A stretch of 64,000 nucleotides of DNA from IMG/VR virus record IMGVR_UViG_3300031975_001631. One strand, given 5' to 3'. Position 1 is the first letter of the stretch, and the number at the start of each line of letters is the position of its first letter. Of the stretch, positions 17,462-28,111 are shown piece by piece. Under the pieces are notes generated by a model. The model worked only from the letters and a program-made list of their open reading frames with translations, did not search any database and had not been told where the DNA came from. This DNA is from a virus. Position numbers and translations under genes: made by a program.

Positions 17462-17665
17462 TTATTTTTCAGAAAAATTATATTCCATTAACATAGCAAA
17501 ATACTTATCTTTCATGTCCATAAGAAATTCTTGCTCCTCTATCGGTCTGGCAGGAGCTCCTGGCCACATCTTTAGGGAGTAATCTAAATGATTATACATC
17601 ATACGAACTTCATCAATCCCAATATTGACACTGCAGTACCACTCGTCAGGATCTAACCCCATCAC
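17462..17665 (-). CDS. Hypothetical protein
   Basis: 67 aa, overlaps the gp16 stop. Confidence 0.7.
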   Translation of the reverse strand: MMGLDPDEWYCSVNIGIDEVRMMYNHLDYSLKMWPGAPARPIEEQEFLMDMKDKYFAMLMEYNFSEK

Positions 17666-18069
17666 TTGTTTTTATTCATTTCCTTTAACATTTTTTGTAA
17701 TTCCGCAGTACTACCTACAAACATAGCATTATTTGTGACATTAGTTGTATTCTTTACTTCTTCTTTTACCTCCTTAATATCTTTCTGAAGCTTCATTAAT
17801 TTGTCGGTATTATCTGCCACATTTTTGAGTAATTGCCCTGCAACCTCATATGCCCTAGGAGACTGAGTTTCTTCAGCAAGCTCCATAATACCATTTAAGG
17901 CTTCTTGACCCTTTTCTATTAAAGAATATAAGTTTGCTCTAGTATAATCATAGTCTTTATCAGTATCGCTTTTTGTTAAACGATCTGGTTTCTCCTTTTT
18001 ACTGGGAGTTACATCAATAGTTTCACTAGTTGTATTTAATGATGCATCTATCTCGCTAAAATTATTCAT
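17662..18069 (-). CDS. gp16: Terminase small subunit
   Basis: DYDYTRANLYSLIEKGQEAL, PRAYEVAGQLLK, NAMFVGSTAELQKML. Confidence 0.95.
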   Translation of the reverse strand: MNNFSEIDASLNTTSETIDVTPSKKEKPDRLTKSDTDKDYDYTRANLYSLIEKGQEALNGIMELAEETQSPRAYEVAGQLLKNVADNTDKLMKLQKDIKEVKEEVKNTTNVTNNAMFVGSTAELQKMLKEMNKNK

Positions 18070-18866
18070 ACATCCTCTTGCCTAGTAGGACTGTATACTT
18101 TACCATCATCAAAGAAAGTAGTAGTCTCATTGAATCCAAAATCATCATCTGCATCTGCATCAATTGGATCAGGAGTGACCGTATATCTTACCTCACGCTT
18201 AGCAGTTTGTGTATCAGTATCAGAGTAGTAATCCAATTGTACTTTCTTGATAAGTCCGTCTGTACTTTCTGCAATAGGACCGAATAGGTATGTCTTAGCA
18301 CTAAAGTTTAGTGTATAGATTAGTACTCTTCTTGTAGAAAAATCCCCCTCATACTCATCGGTAAATGAAATATTTTCTAATATAATAGGAATATCTCTTT
18401 TTTCTCCAATTGAATTGATCAAGTCTACAGTAATATTAAATGATGGTTGAAAAAATGGAAGAATCTGCTCTACAATTTGCAAAGCATCGTCATTCAACTT
18501 TGTCATAATATTGAGTTCAAACCCAACATTATATGGAACTGGTAAAAATACTTTCTTTACTCGATCTTGATTATCAATAGCTTTGAATGTCTTCGTTACG
18601 GAAGTTTTTCTACTTGAGTCATAAGAAAGACTTGACATCTCAAAAGACATTCTGGGTAGAGTAATAGCAGTTGCTTTTGCTAACTCTTGTTGTTGCTGTA
18701 GCTTAGCAAGAAATTTGGATCTAGGACCATACCCTAAGGGAACTTTAATGTCACTAATAGTATTTCCGCCTTTGTCTTCTTTTTGAATGTGAATGTCGTT
18801 AAATAATGTTCCGAAAGACACAACTGTCTTGCGGAGAATTTCGTGATAAAAATAAGTGCCTAACAT
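18066..18866 (-). CDS. gp15: Tail sheath stabilizer / tail terminator
   Basis: YFYHEILRKTVVSFGTLFNDI, KVPLGYGP, LPRMSFEM, LQIVEQILPFFQP. Confidence 0.95.
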   Translation of the reverse strand: MLGTYFYHEILRKTVVSFGTLFNDIHIQKEDKGGNTISDIKVPLGYGPRSKFLAKLQQQQELAKATAITLPRMSFEMSSLSYDSSRKTSVTKTFKAIDNQDRVKKVFLPVPYNVGFELNIMTKLNDDALQIVEQILPFFQPSFNITVDLINSIGEKRDIPIILENISFTDEYEGDFSTRRVLIYTLNFSAKTYLFGPIAESTDGLIKKVQLDYYSDTDTQTAKREVRYTVTPDPIDADADDDFGFNETTTFFDDGKVYSPTRQEDV

Positions 18867-20296
18867 CAGAAGTTGCCAAAGGGATTACGCTCAGTGAAGT
18901 CAAGGATGCCATCTGCTTCAGTTTCAATTTCGTCATTGAAAGTAAATGTGCTTGTAGTATCAATTCCAGTATGATTTAAGATTTGATATCTAGCAGACGA
19001 TGCAGTTCCTGTAATAAACTCACCAGGGTAGAACACACCATTATTTATTGAGATTTCTAACTTTCGGTCAGTTGCATTAAAGGATCTCACATATCCTTCA
19101 GTTCCAGATTCGGATCCGACTACTCTTTCATTGAAGAAATATGTTCCAATTCCAAGAGAAAGAGGATCTCCAATCGTAATTAATGGAGCTTCTTCGTACC
19201 CAGATCCAGCATTTGTTAAGAAGATTCTACTTAGACTATCTCCATCTAAAATTGAGATAGCAGTAGCTTGTACCTGACCGGGTTTACTACCAACGGTTGC
19301 ACCAGTAGTTCCGATAGCAACATTTGCGGGATGTTGAATAGTAATTAACGGTGGGCTTACATAATTTGTTCCCAGATCTGTAATACGAATTGAGGTAATA
19401 CCACTGTTTGTAAGAGATGCTGTTGCAGCTGCACCTACACCAGGACCACCAAATGTAAATGCCGGTGCCTCTGTGTATGCAAATCCAGGGTTTTGTAGGA
19501 CTACTTGATCAATAGAATATAACCCGGACCTTTCGGTTGTGAATGCAAAGGCACCTGCTCTAGATGAAGTAACACCAGCAGGAGAGGGTCCGATAGTGAC
19601 ACTGGGTGCGCTAGTATAACCGTATCCATCATCGTTCAGGAAAATTTGTCCTAATGCTCCTTGACTAGCGAAGGAATCAACAACAGCAATGGCTGTTGAA
19701 CCAATGCCTGCCAAAATGACAGTACTGGTCTCACCTTCTTCCATTCCTCTCTCATCAATACCATATACTCCGGTATCAATATACTCATCTTCATAGCGAA
19801 ACAGTTCGCATTGAAGTTCGTAGATATAGTTCTTACCTAGTTGATAAAATGGGTTTTCAAATTCTACATGTTTAATTTCAAATATTCTTTCTCCTAACGG
19901 GAAATAAATTAAATCTCCCTCTTTAGGTCTCTCACCAAAAATAATATCTGTGCCAGCATTTTTGGCATTATGGGTTACAACAAATGGGGCAATAAAATCT
20001 TCATATCTTTCCCTGGAAACTGTGAGAGTAATTTCGTTTTGAAGATTAATGCCAAACTTGGACATGATATCACTACCTTTTGCATATCCCTCATAGTTAT
20101 TGAGATAAGCTTCTAAAATATATGCGTCATTAAATTTAGATGACTGAACTTCTCCGAGCACATCATCAGTGATAATCATTTTTCTTGGAATGTAATAACA
20201 ATCCAATCCGAACATTTTTAAGTGTTCGTCAATAAGTTGTTGAACAAGGCTCTGTTCGTTTGGAGATCCTTGAAGAAAAAACGGATTTAATGCCAT
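18866..20296 (-). CDS. gp14: Neck protein with Gly-rich insertion
   Basis: FGLDCYYIPR, RPKEGDLIYFP, FYQLGKNYIYELQCELF, DFTERNPFG. Confidence 0.95.
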   Translation of the reverse strand: MALNPFFLQGSPNEQSLVQQLIDEHLKMFGLDCYYIPRKMIITDDVLGEVQSSKFNDAYILEAYLNNYEGYAKGSDIMSKFGINLQNEITLTVSRERYEDFIAPFVVTHNAKNAGTDIIFGERPKEGDLIYFPLGERIFEIKHVEFENPFYQLGKNYIYELQCELFRYEDEYIDTGVYGIDERGMEEGETSTVILAGIGSTAIAVVDSFASQGALGQIFLNDDGYGYTSAPSVTIGPSPAGVTSSRAGAFAFTTERSGLYSIDQVVLQNPGFAYTEAPAFTFGGPGVGAAATASLTNSGITSIRITDLGTNYVSPPLITIQHPANVAIGTTGATVGSKPGQVQATAISILDGDSLSRIFLTNAGSGYEEAPLITIGDPLSLGIGTYFFNERVVGSESGTEGYVRSFNATDRKLEISINNGVFYPGEFITGTASSARYQILNHTGIDTTSTFTFNDEIETEADGILDFTERNPFGNF

Positions 20297-21117
20297 TACC
20301 CAATCAAATCAAGGGGTGGAAGTTCGTAGGTAGACAACATTCTATCTTCAATACGCTGCAATTCCATTACAGCATCTTCATAAATTTGTCTGCCATTTAA
20401 TTCAATACCTCCAGGGAGTTTAACTCCTTGGAATTTAGTTAAGTTTGTACCCCACTGTTTCTTGACTAGTTGAGTAAAATACTTCTTTAAAAAAGAATCA
20501 TTGTATACACCAGCATAATTTGCTGGGTCCATGATTCTTTGGCAGTCAATGATTATGTATGTTCCTTCTGATACTGATCCCCAATCAACATCGAGATACA
20601 AACGATTATTTCTTTTGTTATATCTAATCTGCTTGTTTGTTGAAAGTAAGAAATCAATGTCTTCAATATATGTTTTAGTCATCGCATAACTGAGAAGACC
20701 ACTGTATCCCAAATTGAAAGCTACATCATTTAAAAACAACTGATATTTAAAGCTAAACATGTTGTTTGAAATAAAGCTAGAATCAAACAAAAATACTTTC
20801 TCAACTCCGAGGACCGAATCAGGTACACTCAAATAATTTGTGTTTTCCTCAAAGTCTCCAGATGTTGTAGTAGAAGTAGTAATACCAAGAGATTCGCCAG
20901 CACCTCTTGCTCTGCCTCTTTTGATGTCATCTGCTGAGACCTTATACTTGAGATAAACTCTTTCAACGCCATCAAAATGACGCTCATAAAAAAGTTGCAG
21001 AGCATCATCTAATGCATCATCTACTTGCTCATCAGCTACATTTATTTCTAAGACAGGATATCCAAGTTGCCTTAAAGCATAATCTTTTAATCCGTCTCTA
21101 GTAGTTGGTTTTGTCAT
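20296..21117 (-). CDS. gp13: Neck protein
   Basis: YALRQLGYPVLEINV, QWGTNLTKFQGVKLPGGIELNGRQIY. Confidence 0.96.
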   Translation of the reverse strand: MTKPTTRDGLKDYALRQLGYPVLEINVADEQVDDALDDALQLFYERHFDGVERVYLKYKVSADDIKRGRARGAGESLGITTSTTTSGDFEENTNYLSVPDSVLGVEKVFLFDSSFISNNMFSFKYQLFLNDVAFNLGYSGLLSYAMTKTYIEDIDFLLSTNKQIRYNKRNNRLYLDVDWGSVSEGTYIIIDCQRIMDPANYAGVYNDSFLKKYFTQLVKKQWGTNLTKFQGVKLPGGIELNGRQIYEDAVMELQRIEDRMLSTYELPPLDLIG

Positions 21118-24100
21118 CAGAATGTACCTCCATCAACACTATTGGACCAAATTGGAATGTTGTTTTCATCTGTGGTTAGCATGTAATTAGAGGTTGTTAA
21201 GAACCCTACTGTACTAAGACCACTAACCAGTCTTCCATCTGCCTCAAAGAATGCAACACCGTTAGGTCCGCTATACCCAATACCAGTTAATCCACCTTGA
21301 TCTGATCTGTAATAGAGACCGTCGCGGAATGTACCGTAACCGATTACGCTTAGATTATCTTGGACAGTTACCTGACCAGCAGCAGAATCAAGAACAAGTT
21401 CTCCAGTATTGGTATTTATTTTGGTTGAGGAAGAACCAGCACCAATTGTGACATCGGAGATCGTTGTTACACCAGTAACTCTAAAGTTGTTAGTAGTGAG
21501 AATGCCAGAGACATTAATGTTGATTGCTTCAATACCAGCAGAACTGGTTACAATTCCGGTAAGGATTGTTCCTTGATCAACAGTCAGTGTGGAGTGGATG
21601 TTTGCGTTAGTAGCAACATCAATTGTTCCCGTTTGAGTCTGACCACGAACACTAGCACCAATAGCTAGTGTCTCGATCTTAATGCCGTTGTTATAGAACA
21701 GAGTAACGGCACCATCAGCAGTAAAGTTGGCAAGAGTTTCGCCAGTGTACTTCTGAAGTTCTACCTGATTAGAACGGATAGCAAGTGTACCAGTTCCCGA
21801 ATCATCAATGTATGAGTTGTTGCCATCATGATAGATGGACAGATCATCATCATCACCAAAGTGTGCCTTTACATTATCCTTGAAGGAAACAATTCCAGTG
21901 AATACTGCGTTTGTGACAGCAATACCAGTAAGTTTTGCATCAAATGCATCAAGAGCTTCTGCATCAATTGTGGTGATCGTTGCAGCAGTACCAACAGTAT
22001 CTGTTACCGCAAGACCAGTGATGTTGACATCTTTAGCATCTAATGTTTCAATATCAACCGTAGTGATGGTGGCATATGTACCGACCAACGAGGTTACAAC
22101 ACCAGCAGTGATCTTAGCGTCAACTGCGTCGATGCTAAGGTTAAAGTCAACTCTCTCAGCAAATGTAGATACGCCAGTTACATCGAGTCTCTCAAACTTA
22201 GCAGTGTCGAGGACATCAAGTCTCTGTCTAGGTGCGGCAGTACCGATACCCAACTTCTGATTAGCGTCAAGGCGCATGCCCTCAACATTATCAGTGTTGA
22301 ATCGAATAGTACCGTTAGCACCTGAGTCATCCAGAGCGATGGAAGTATCATTCTTCTGGAATGCATCGAGCTGGATGGTTGTCGCAGTCAGGATACCCAG
22401 GACATTGACATCACCAGTGATGTTAATTGAACCAGCACCAGCTGGATCAATATTAATATCACCTGAGGTAGATTCAATATTGTTACCAGCAATCTGGATG
22501 TTACCAAATGTACCGCTTGTAGGAGTAATAGTGCTGCTATTAGATCCGTCAGTAATCTGAAGAGATGAAAGTGCTTGGAGGCTGGTTACTTGTTGTGAGA
22601 ACGATACCGTACCGTTTTCTTGATCAACAAAGAATGCATCTCCAACTCTGAAGTCTCCTCTTTGGTCGATACTAACGAATGATATATCACCGTTATTAAT
22701 TTCGGTAACTTCATTAGCTTGAATTGCCAGGTTAGGATCATTAGAGAAATCTCCACCAGCACCAACATGATTGAAGTTGAGAGCAAACAGTCTCAGAGAT
22801 ACGCCATCACCATCAGCAATAACACCCTTTTGACCATACTCAACAGCACAACCAACGGAACGCATGTCCGCACCGAACTGACTGTAGTCAGCAAGGATAA
22901 CCTTAGTTGCAGTTCCGATACCGCCACCAGCTTGAGTGATGCGGATATCCTGGTTGCGGATTACATCGTCGGTGGTTGTTGTTACGCCACTCGCACCATC
23001 AAAGGAGAGTAAGAGAACTGTGTCCTTATCACCTGTGTGTGCAGCAGTCGGAGCAGTGAAGTTTGTATTGTACTTGGCAACTCCTCTCTCGATTCTAAAG
23101 TCGTCAATCCAACCAGTGACATTTTGACTTGCGCCATCAAAGTCAGCACCGATGACCAGACCTTTAGATGCACCGTAGTTAGTTGTATCAGAGGTCTTAA
23201 TGCCTCTCTGAGTACCGTCAACAAACAGTCTAGTGTTTGTACCCTCTCTAGCGAGTGCATAGTGCTTCCAGACGCCTGTAGCGATGCCTGCGCCAGAGCC
23301 AGTGATAGCGGTTGTAGTACCAACCCGCATGTCAACTTCGCCAGCAGCACGGAAGGCAACGCTGATACCCTCAGCATCAGTGCCAGTGTCTCTTAAGTCG
23401 AAGAGAGTTGCGCTGGTCAGACCAGTTGTATTTGCGTATGCCCAGAATTCAATCGTGAAGTCTGTATTGGTGCCGAAACCAAGATCACCGCTAGAAGGAG
23501 CACTGATAGAATCATTTGTTCCGTCAAGTGCTAACGATGCACTGCCAAATTTCTTAACTGTAGTGTCTAGTTGAGCACCATCGTTGAAAGTAATAGCTTT
23601 AGCAGTTCTGGCATTGAGAACTTCAAAACCAGTTTGCTTTCCAGTTACATCCAGGTATGTTCCGTCATAACCAGAAACAATAGCAGTTGCAATACCAGTA
23701 GTTCCGTCAGTATCAAAGACAGTAATTGTGTTACCAACACCAACGGTTGTAATACCAGTCAGTCTCAGTCTGGTCTCACCAGCGGAACTGATACCAAGAG
23801 AACCAGATGTGCCCTTGATAGCTTCAGCAGCGAAGTAGGAGAAGCAATTCAGGTACTCACTGCGAGCACCGTTGGTCATAATCAGACCTTTGCTGTTCGG
23901 TACAATGAAAGTAACTTCATTGAACAAGAACGCTGCCTCAAGAGATCCTGATGCTACCTCAGAACCATCAAGGTAAGCACCACCACCAGCGATGTAGGAG
24001 GAAGGATTTGCATCAGCTGAACCATAACCATATGGATCACTAGCAGAAGTATTACTACCTTTGTTGAATACAGTTACGCGCTGAATATAAGGAGATCTGC

Positions 24101-27100
24101 TTGTGATCGCGATACCAGGAGCAAACTTAAACGCATAACCCTGATTGCCAGCAGTATCGAAGTACATGTCACCGATAGTGACATCCTCAACAACAGATCT
24201 GTCGTTCATCAAGAAGCAGTCCTTCTGCTTGGTAGCAACAGTAGGACAAATCTTGGTAGCACGGAGTCCAGCACCCTTAACAGTTAATCCAGCTGGAACA
24301 GTCAGTGGGAAGACTTCTTCATAAACACCAGCGGCGATGTTTAATACATCGTTTACACCAATATTAGAGATTTGAGACAGAGCGTATGCAATCGTTCTGT
24401 ATGGCCTTTCTGCAGTGCGCCCACGAGATGCGTCACCGTCGTCAACACCATTAGTAGAAACATACCATGTGTCAAGCTTGGCATTGATTGTGGCAATACC
24501 AATCTGTGCAGGTTCGCGCCAGGTGATCGTGCCATCTGGATTGGTACTCAGCATATGCTGAGTGTTCAGACCAACAACACCAGTGGAATCATACAGTGAT
24601 GTGATGAAACCAGCTTGAACGAATGCAGAAGTTGCAATGCCAACCGAAATGGTAGCATTCAGAATGTCTGCGACTTCAAAGTCAACTGTAGTGATAGTTG
24701 CGGCAGTACCAACAATATCAGTGACTGCTAATCCAGTAATATTTGTCTGTCTTGCATCCAGGGTCTCGATATCGACCGTGGTGATCGTAGCGTAGGTGCC
24801 AACCAGAGAGGTTACGATACCGGCAGTGATCTTAGCGTTGACAATATCGCCTTCTGTGGCGTCAATCGTTGTAATAGTAGCAGCAGTACCGACAATATCG
24901 GTAACAGCTAAACCAGTAATATTTGTCTGTCTTGCATCGAGTACATCGATATCAACAGTTGTAATTGTCGCGTATGTACCAACTGTTGAATCAACAATCA
25001 GATCATCAACACGAGCAACGCCGTCGATGTAGATATCTCGCCACTCTTTAGTAGCACTACCGAGATCAAAGGTGTCATCATCGTCAGGAACGATGTCAGA
25101 GTCAACTTCACCAGTAAAGATGATGTTGTCTGTAGTAGAGTCGCCAAGACCGATTGTGCCACCGTTAAAGGTTACATTACCAGTAAAGGTTGTAGCTCCA
25201 CCAACTCTGAGATCACCAGTAATCTCAACATCACCAATGGTGGCAGCAGTGCCAACCAAGCTTGTGATGATACCAGCAGTAATCTTAGCATTAACAATAT
25301 CACCTTCTGTTGCATCAATCGTTGTGATTGTTGCAGCGGTTCCGACAATATCAGTAACGGCAAGACCAGTGATGTTTACATCTTTGGCATCAAGAGTCTC
25401 AATGTCAACCGTTGTGATGGTTGCATAAGTACCAACCTGACTAGTAATAATACCAGCAGTAATCTTGGCATCTAGAATGTCAGCAGCATCAAGATGTGCT
25501 GTGCCATCAATATAAATGTCTCTCCACTCTCTATCAGTAGTACCAATATCCAGAGTGCCGTCTACACTAGGAGTGAACTTAAGATTAGACTCCCATGCCT
25601 CTCTAGATTGGTCGTATAAAAATTCTTTATCTGTTGTTCCCTTAAGGATGATACCGCCGTTATCGGCTGTAGCATCAGCATGTCCACCAGTAGAACTGAA
25701 TCCAAGTTCAATGTTCTTATCGGTTATTTGTACAACCGAACTCTGAACAAAACTCGTAGTTCCATTAACCGTCAGATCACCAACAACAGTAAGAGCTCCA
25801 CCAACTCTGACATCTTTCTGGAAGTCAGCGTCTTGGAAGGTTACATATGTACCTGTCAGTGAGGTGATGATGCCTGTAGTAATCTTGGCATCAAGTGCAT
25901 CAAGATTAGCAAAATCGCCAACAGTATATGTTAAACCATAACCAATAATAGATGTTACAACACCAGCAACAGTTTTGAGGGTGTTGATATCACCTTCATT
26001 AGAGTCGAAGGTTGTAATCGTGGCATAGGTGCCAACCAGAGAGGTAACTAAACCTGTAGTTACCTTAATATCCTTGAGATCAGCAACCTCAGTATCAAAG
26101 GTTGTAATTGTGGCATATGTACCAACCTGACTGGTGATAATACCAGCAGTGATCTTAGCTGCCTCAATATCTGCATTTACGAAGTCTACATTCGTAATAG
26201 TTGCAGCAGTACCAACAGTGTCAGTAATAATACCTGACTGAATCTTAGCGTTGGTAATTGCAAAGTCAGTTGCTAAACCAGCAGTGACCTTGATATCTTC
26301 AACACCGATATCGTTAGCATCGATTTGCGGAACAGATGTTACGCCAGAGATTACTGTATTACCAGTGCCCTTATCAATGATGAATACGCCACCAACATCG
26401 AGCAACCCGAAGGGTCGTGTGGTGCCGATACCGACATAACCAAGTTGGTTACCGTCGATCCAGTTAATATTTTGATTGCCAATTACGAGCTGATTATCAC
26501 TATCTCCGATAGCAACATTTCGCTCATAACCGATGATAACATTACCACTGCCAAGAGTATCGTTACCAGCAGAGTAACCAATGGCAATGTTCTTGCTACC
26601 GTCTACACTGAAGAGAGTGTAAGGACCAATAGCAATATTTCTTTGCTGCTGTCTGGTTCCTGTACCACCACTCAGGAAGCGACCATTCTTGCTGGTTACG
26701 CTACCTGTAAGAGTCTGGAAACCAAACGGCATGGTGAATGTATCACCAACTTCGTAACCATCGCCAGGAGCCATGATTTGGATGTTAGTAATCAGACCAG
26801 TAGCACCAGTCTGCAACCTAACTAACAGACCTTGACCAGATCCACTGGTTTCTGTTACATCTTCGGTCTGATCATAATCTGCAACAGCAGTTTGATCGCC
26901 AACATTAACGCTGAGAGCTACCCCATCAACAACAGGGAAAGTCTCACCATACATCGACTGGTTACCCAGAGCGATGTTCTCATCGTTGCCGCTAGAAGAT
27001 AAGGCAAAACCTACCTTATCACCAATCATCAGGTTCTTAGTACCTTGCAGTCTATAACCTGCAAAGTTACCTAAGACGATGTTAGATTCTAACTCGTCAC

Positions 27101-27899
27101 TGCTGGAAAGAATACCAGCATATTGCATTGCACTGGCACCAATCGCAATATTGCGACGGTTAAGGACAGTTTGTCCAATACCAGCACCAGCAAAGTCACC
27201 AATAAAGATTGAAGAGTCAGCACTGCTAAGACCTACAGCAGCATCACGACCAACTCTAATAACATCATTGGAGAATGTAATATTACTGAAGGATGATACC
27301 CCAGTAATTTCTACATTATTTGCAGTAAGAGCATGACCTACATTTACTTCGTAGTAATCAGCACTAGTACCGCTTAGCGTTGTTACAACGCCAACGACTG
27401 CACGGAAATCAGTTACACCAAGAGTAGAGAATCCAGCAGCACCAACATCTAATGTTGCTGCAGTTGCAATACCAGATACATTCCAGTTTCTAGCATTAGC
27501 CTCGTCATAAACGAGGTCTCCTGTTACATTGAGGTTTCCACCAACACTAAAGTTGCCAGCAACTGTACCAACGCCAGAGGTGTAGAAATCATCTACAACT
27601 GTCCAAGAAGCAACTCTACCTTGATTATCTAAGACAACAACCTTAGAAGCTTCTGGAGTACCGAAACTAGCAGGATTTTCTGGGAATAGACTGGTGTAAT
27701 ATTCGCCGCCAATTGCAATCGGAGCTGCAGACGGACCAGACGGGTTACCAATATATAATTTTTTGTAAGACTTACCAGCGCCTACATCACTGGTATCGTA
27801 TGCGTATACTAGTTCACCGAACGATACGCCAGTACCAACGGGAGCAATGTTTGGAGGGGAAGTCCCAAGTGTCCTTTTTAAGAGAATCGTTGCGGACAT
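21117..27899 (-). CDS. Large tail-fibre-like protein (30-aa repeats, GxxA-type repeats, LamG/ConA-like domain)
   Basis: 2260 aa; repeated VGTxATITTxD; LamG-like DFTIEFW...WKHYALAR...LFVDG...IDDFRI; WYVSTNG...PYRTIAYAL module. Confidence 0.85.
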   Translation of the reverse strand: MSATILLKRTLGTSPPNIAPVGTGVSFGELVYAYDTSDVGAGKSYKKLYIGNPSGPSAAPIAIGGEYYTSLFPENPASFGTPEASKVVVLDNQGRVASWTVVDDFYTSGVGTVAGNFSVGGNLNVTGDLVYDEANARNWNVSGIATAATLDVGAAGFSTLGVTDFRAVVGVVTTLSGTSADYYEVNVGHALTANNVEITGVSSFSNITFSNDVIRVGRDAAVGLSSADSSIFIGDFAGAGIGQTVLNRRNIAIGASAMQYAGILSSSDELESNIVLGNFAGYRLQGTKNLMIGDKVGFALSSSGNDENIALGNQSMYGETFPVVDGVALSVNVGDQTAVADYDQTEDVTETSGSGQGLLVRLQTGATGLITNIQIMAPGDGYEVGDTFTMPFGFQTLTGSVTSKNGRFLSGGTGTRQQQRNIAIGPYTLFSVDGSKNIAIGYSAGNDTLGSGNVIIGYERNVAIGDSDNQLVIGNQNINWIDGNQLGYVGIGTTRPFGLLDVGGVFIIDKGTGNTVISGVTSVPQIDANDIGVEDIKVTAGLATDFAITNAKIQSGIITDTVGTAATITNVDFVNADIEAAKITAGIITSQVGTYATITTFDTEVADLKDIKVTTGLVTSLVGTYATITTFDSNEGDINTLKTVAGVVTSIIGYGLTYTVGDFANLDALDAKITTGIITSLTGTYVTFQDADFQKDVRVGGALTVVGDLTVNGTTSFVQSSVVQITDKNIELGFSSTGGHADATADNGGIILKGTTDKEFLYDQSREAWESNLKFTPSVDGTLDIGTTDREWRDIYIDGTAHLDAADILDAKITAGIITSQVGTYATITTVDIETLDAKDVNITGLAVTDIVGTAATITTIDATEGDIVNAKITAGIITSLVGTAATIGDVEITGDLRVGGATTFTGNVTFNGGTIGLGDSTTDNIIFTGEVDSDIVPDDDDTFDLGSATKEWRDIYIDGVARVDDLIVDSTVGTYATITTVDIDVLDARQTNITGLAVTDIVGTAATITTIDATEGDIVNAKITAGIVTSLVGTYATITTVDIETLDARQTNITGLAVTDIVGTAATITTVDFEVADILNATISVGIATSAFVQAGFITSLYDSTGVVGLNTQHMLSTNPDGTITWREPAQIGIATINAKLDTWYVSTNGVDDGDASRGRTAERPYRTIAYALSQISNIGVNDVLNIAAGVYEEVFPLTVPAGLTVKGAGLRATKICPTVATKQKDCFLMNDRSVVEDVTIGDMYFDTAGNQGYAFKFAPGIAITSRSPYIQRVTVFNKGSNTSASDPYGYGSADANPSSYIAGGGAYLDGSEVASGSLEAAFLFNEVTFIVPNSKGLIMTNGARSEYLNCFSYFAAEAIKGTSGSLGISSAGETRLRLTGITTVGVGNTITVFDTDGTTGIATAIVSGYDGTYLDVTGKQTGFEVLNARTAKAITFNDGAQLDTTVKKFGSASLALDGTNDSISAPSSGDLGFGTNTDFTIEFWAYANTTGLTSATLFDLRDTGTDAEGISVAFRAAGEVDMRVGTTTAITGSGAGIATGVWKHYALAREGTNTRLFVDGTQRGIKTSDTTNYGASKGLVIGADFDGASQNVTGWIDDFRIERGVAKYNTNFTAPTAAHTGDKDTVLLLSFDGASGVTTTTDDVIRNQDIRITQAGGGIGTATKVILADYSQFGADMRSVGCAVEYGQKGVIADGDGVSLRLFALNFNHVGAGGDFSNDPNLAIQANEVTEINNGDISFVSIDQRGDFRVGDAFFVDQENGTVSFSQQVTSLQALSSLQITDGSNSSTITPTSGTFGNIQIAGNNIESTSGDINIDPAGAGSINITGDVNVLGILTATTIQLDAFQKNDTSIALDDSGANGTIRFNTDNVEGMRLDANQKLGIGTAAPRQRLDVLDTAKFERLDVTGVSTFAERVDFNLSIDAVDAKITAGVVTSLVGTYATITTVDIETLDAKDVNITGLAVTDTVGTAATITTIDAEALDAFDAKLTGIAVTNAVFTGIVSFKDNVKAHFGDDDDLSIYHDGNNSYIDDSGTGTLAIRSNQVELQKYTGETLANFTADGAVTLFYNNGIKIETLAIGASVRGQTQTGTIDVATNANIHSTLTVDQGTILTGIVTSSAGIEAININVSGILTTNNFRVTGVTTISDVTIGAGSSSTKINTNTGELVLDSAAGQVTVQDNLSVIGYGTFRDGLYYRSDQGGLTGIGYSGPNGVAFFEADGRLVSGLSTVGFLTTSNYMLTTDENNIPIWSNSVDGGTF

Positions 27900-28111
27900 T
27901 AGAAGACACCTCCGTCAATGATGGCAGCAGGGAAATTTTTTGTTGTTATAAAAGCGTTAGAAGAAGCTTCGTAAACTAGAATGCTTCCGTCCTGTAGATT
28001 TGATGCATCAACATCGGCAAGCAAAGTCAATCTTCCGCCAGAGCCGCCGCCGAGGGCACCGCTGGCAATAACTTTTACTTGATTCGATGTGCCGATTCGT
28101 AATGATGGCAT
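27899..28111 (-). CDS. 70-aa fibre-associated protein
   Basis: LADVD...DGSILVYEASSNAF motif, ends IDGGVF; coupled to the fibre gene. Confidence 0.7.
   Translation of the reverse strand: MPSLRIGTSNQVKVIASGALGGGSGGRLTLLADVDASNLQDGSILVYEASSNAFITTKNFPAAIIDGGVF

Noticed and set aside
10796-17661. ~7 kb insertion between gp16 and gp17 as a novelty in itself
   Set aside because: An accessory island at this position is a known feature of T4-like cyanophages; only its contents are flagged
21960-26260. Fibre repeats as DGR template/variable repeat
   Set aside because: Differences are synonymous third-position changes rather than adenine-specific, and no reverse transcriptase is in the window
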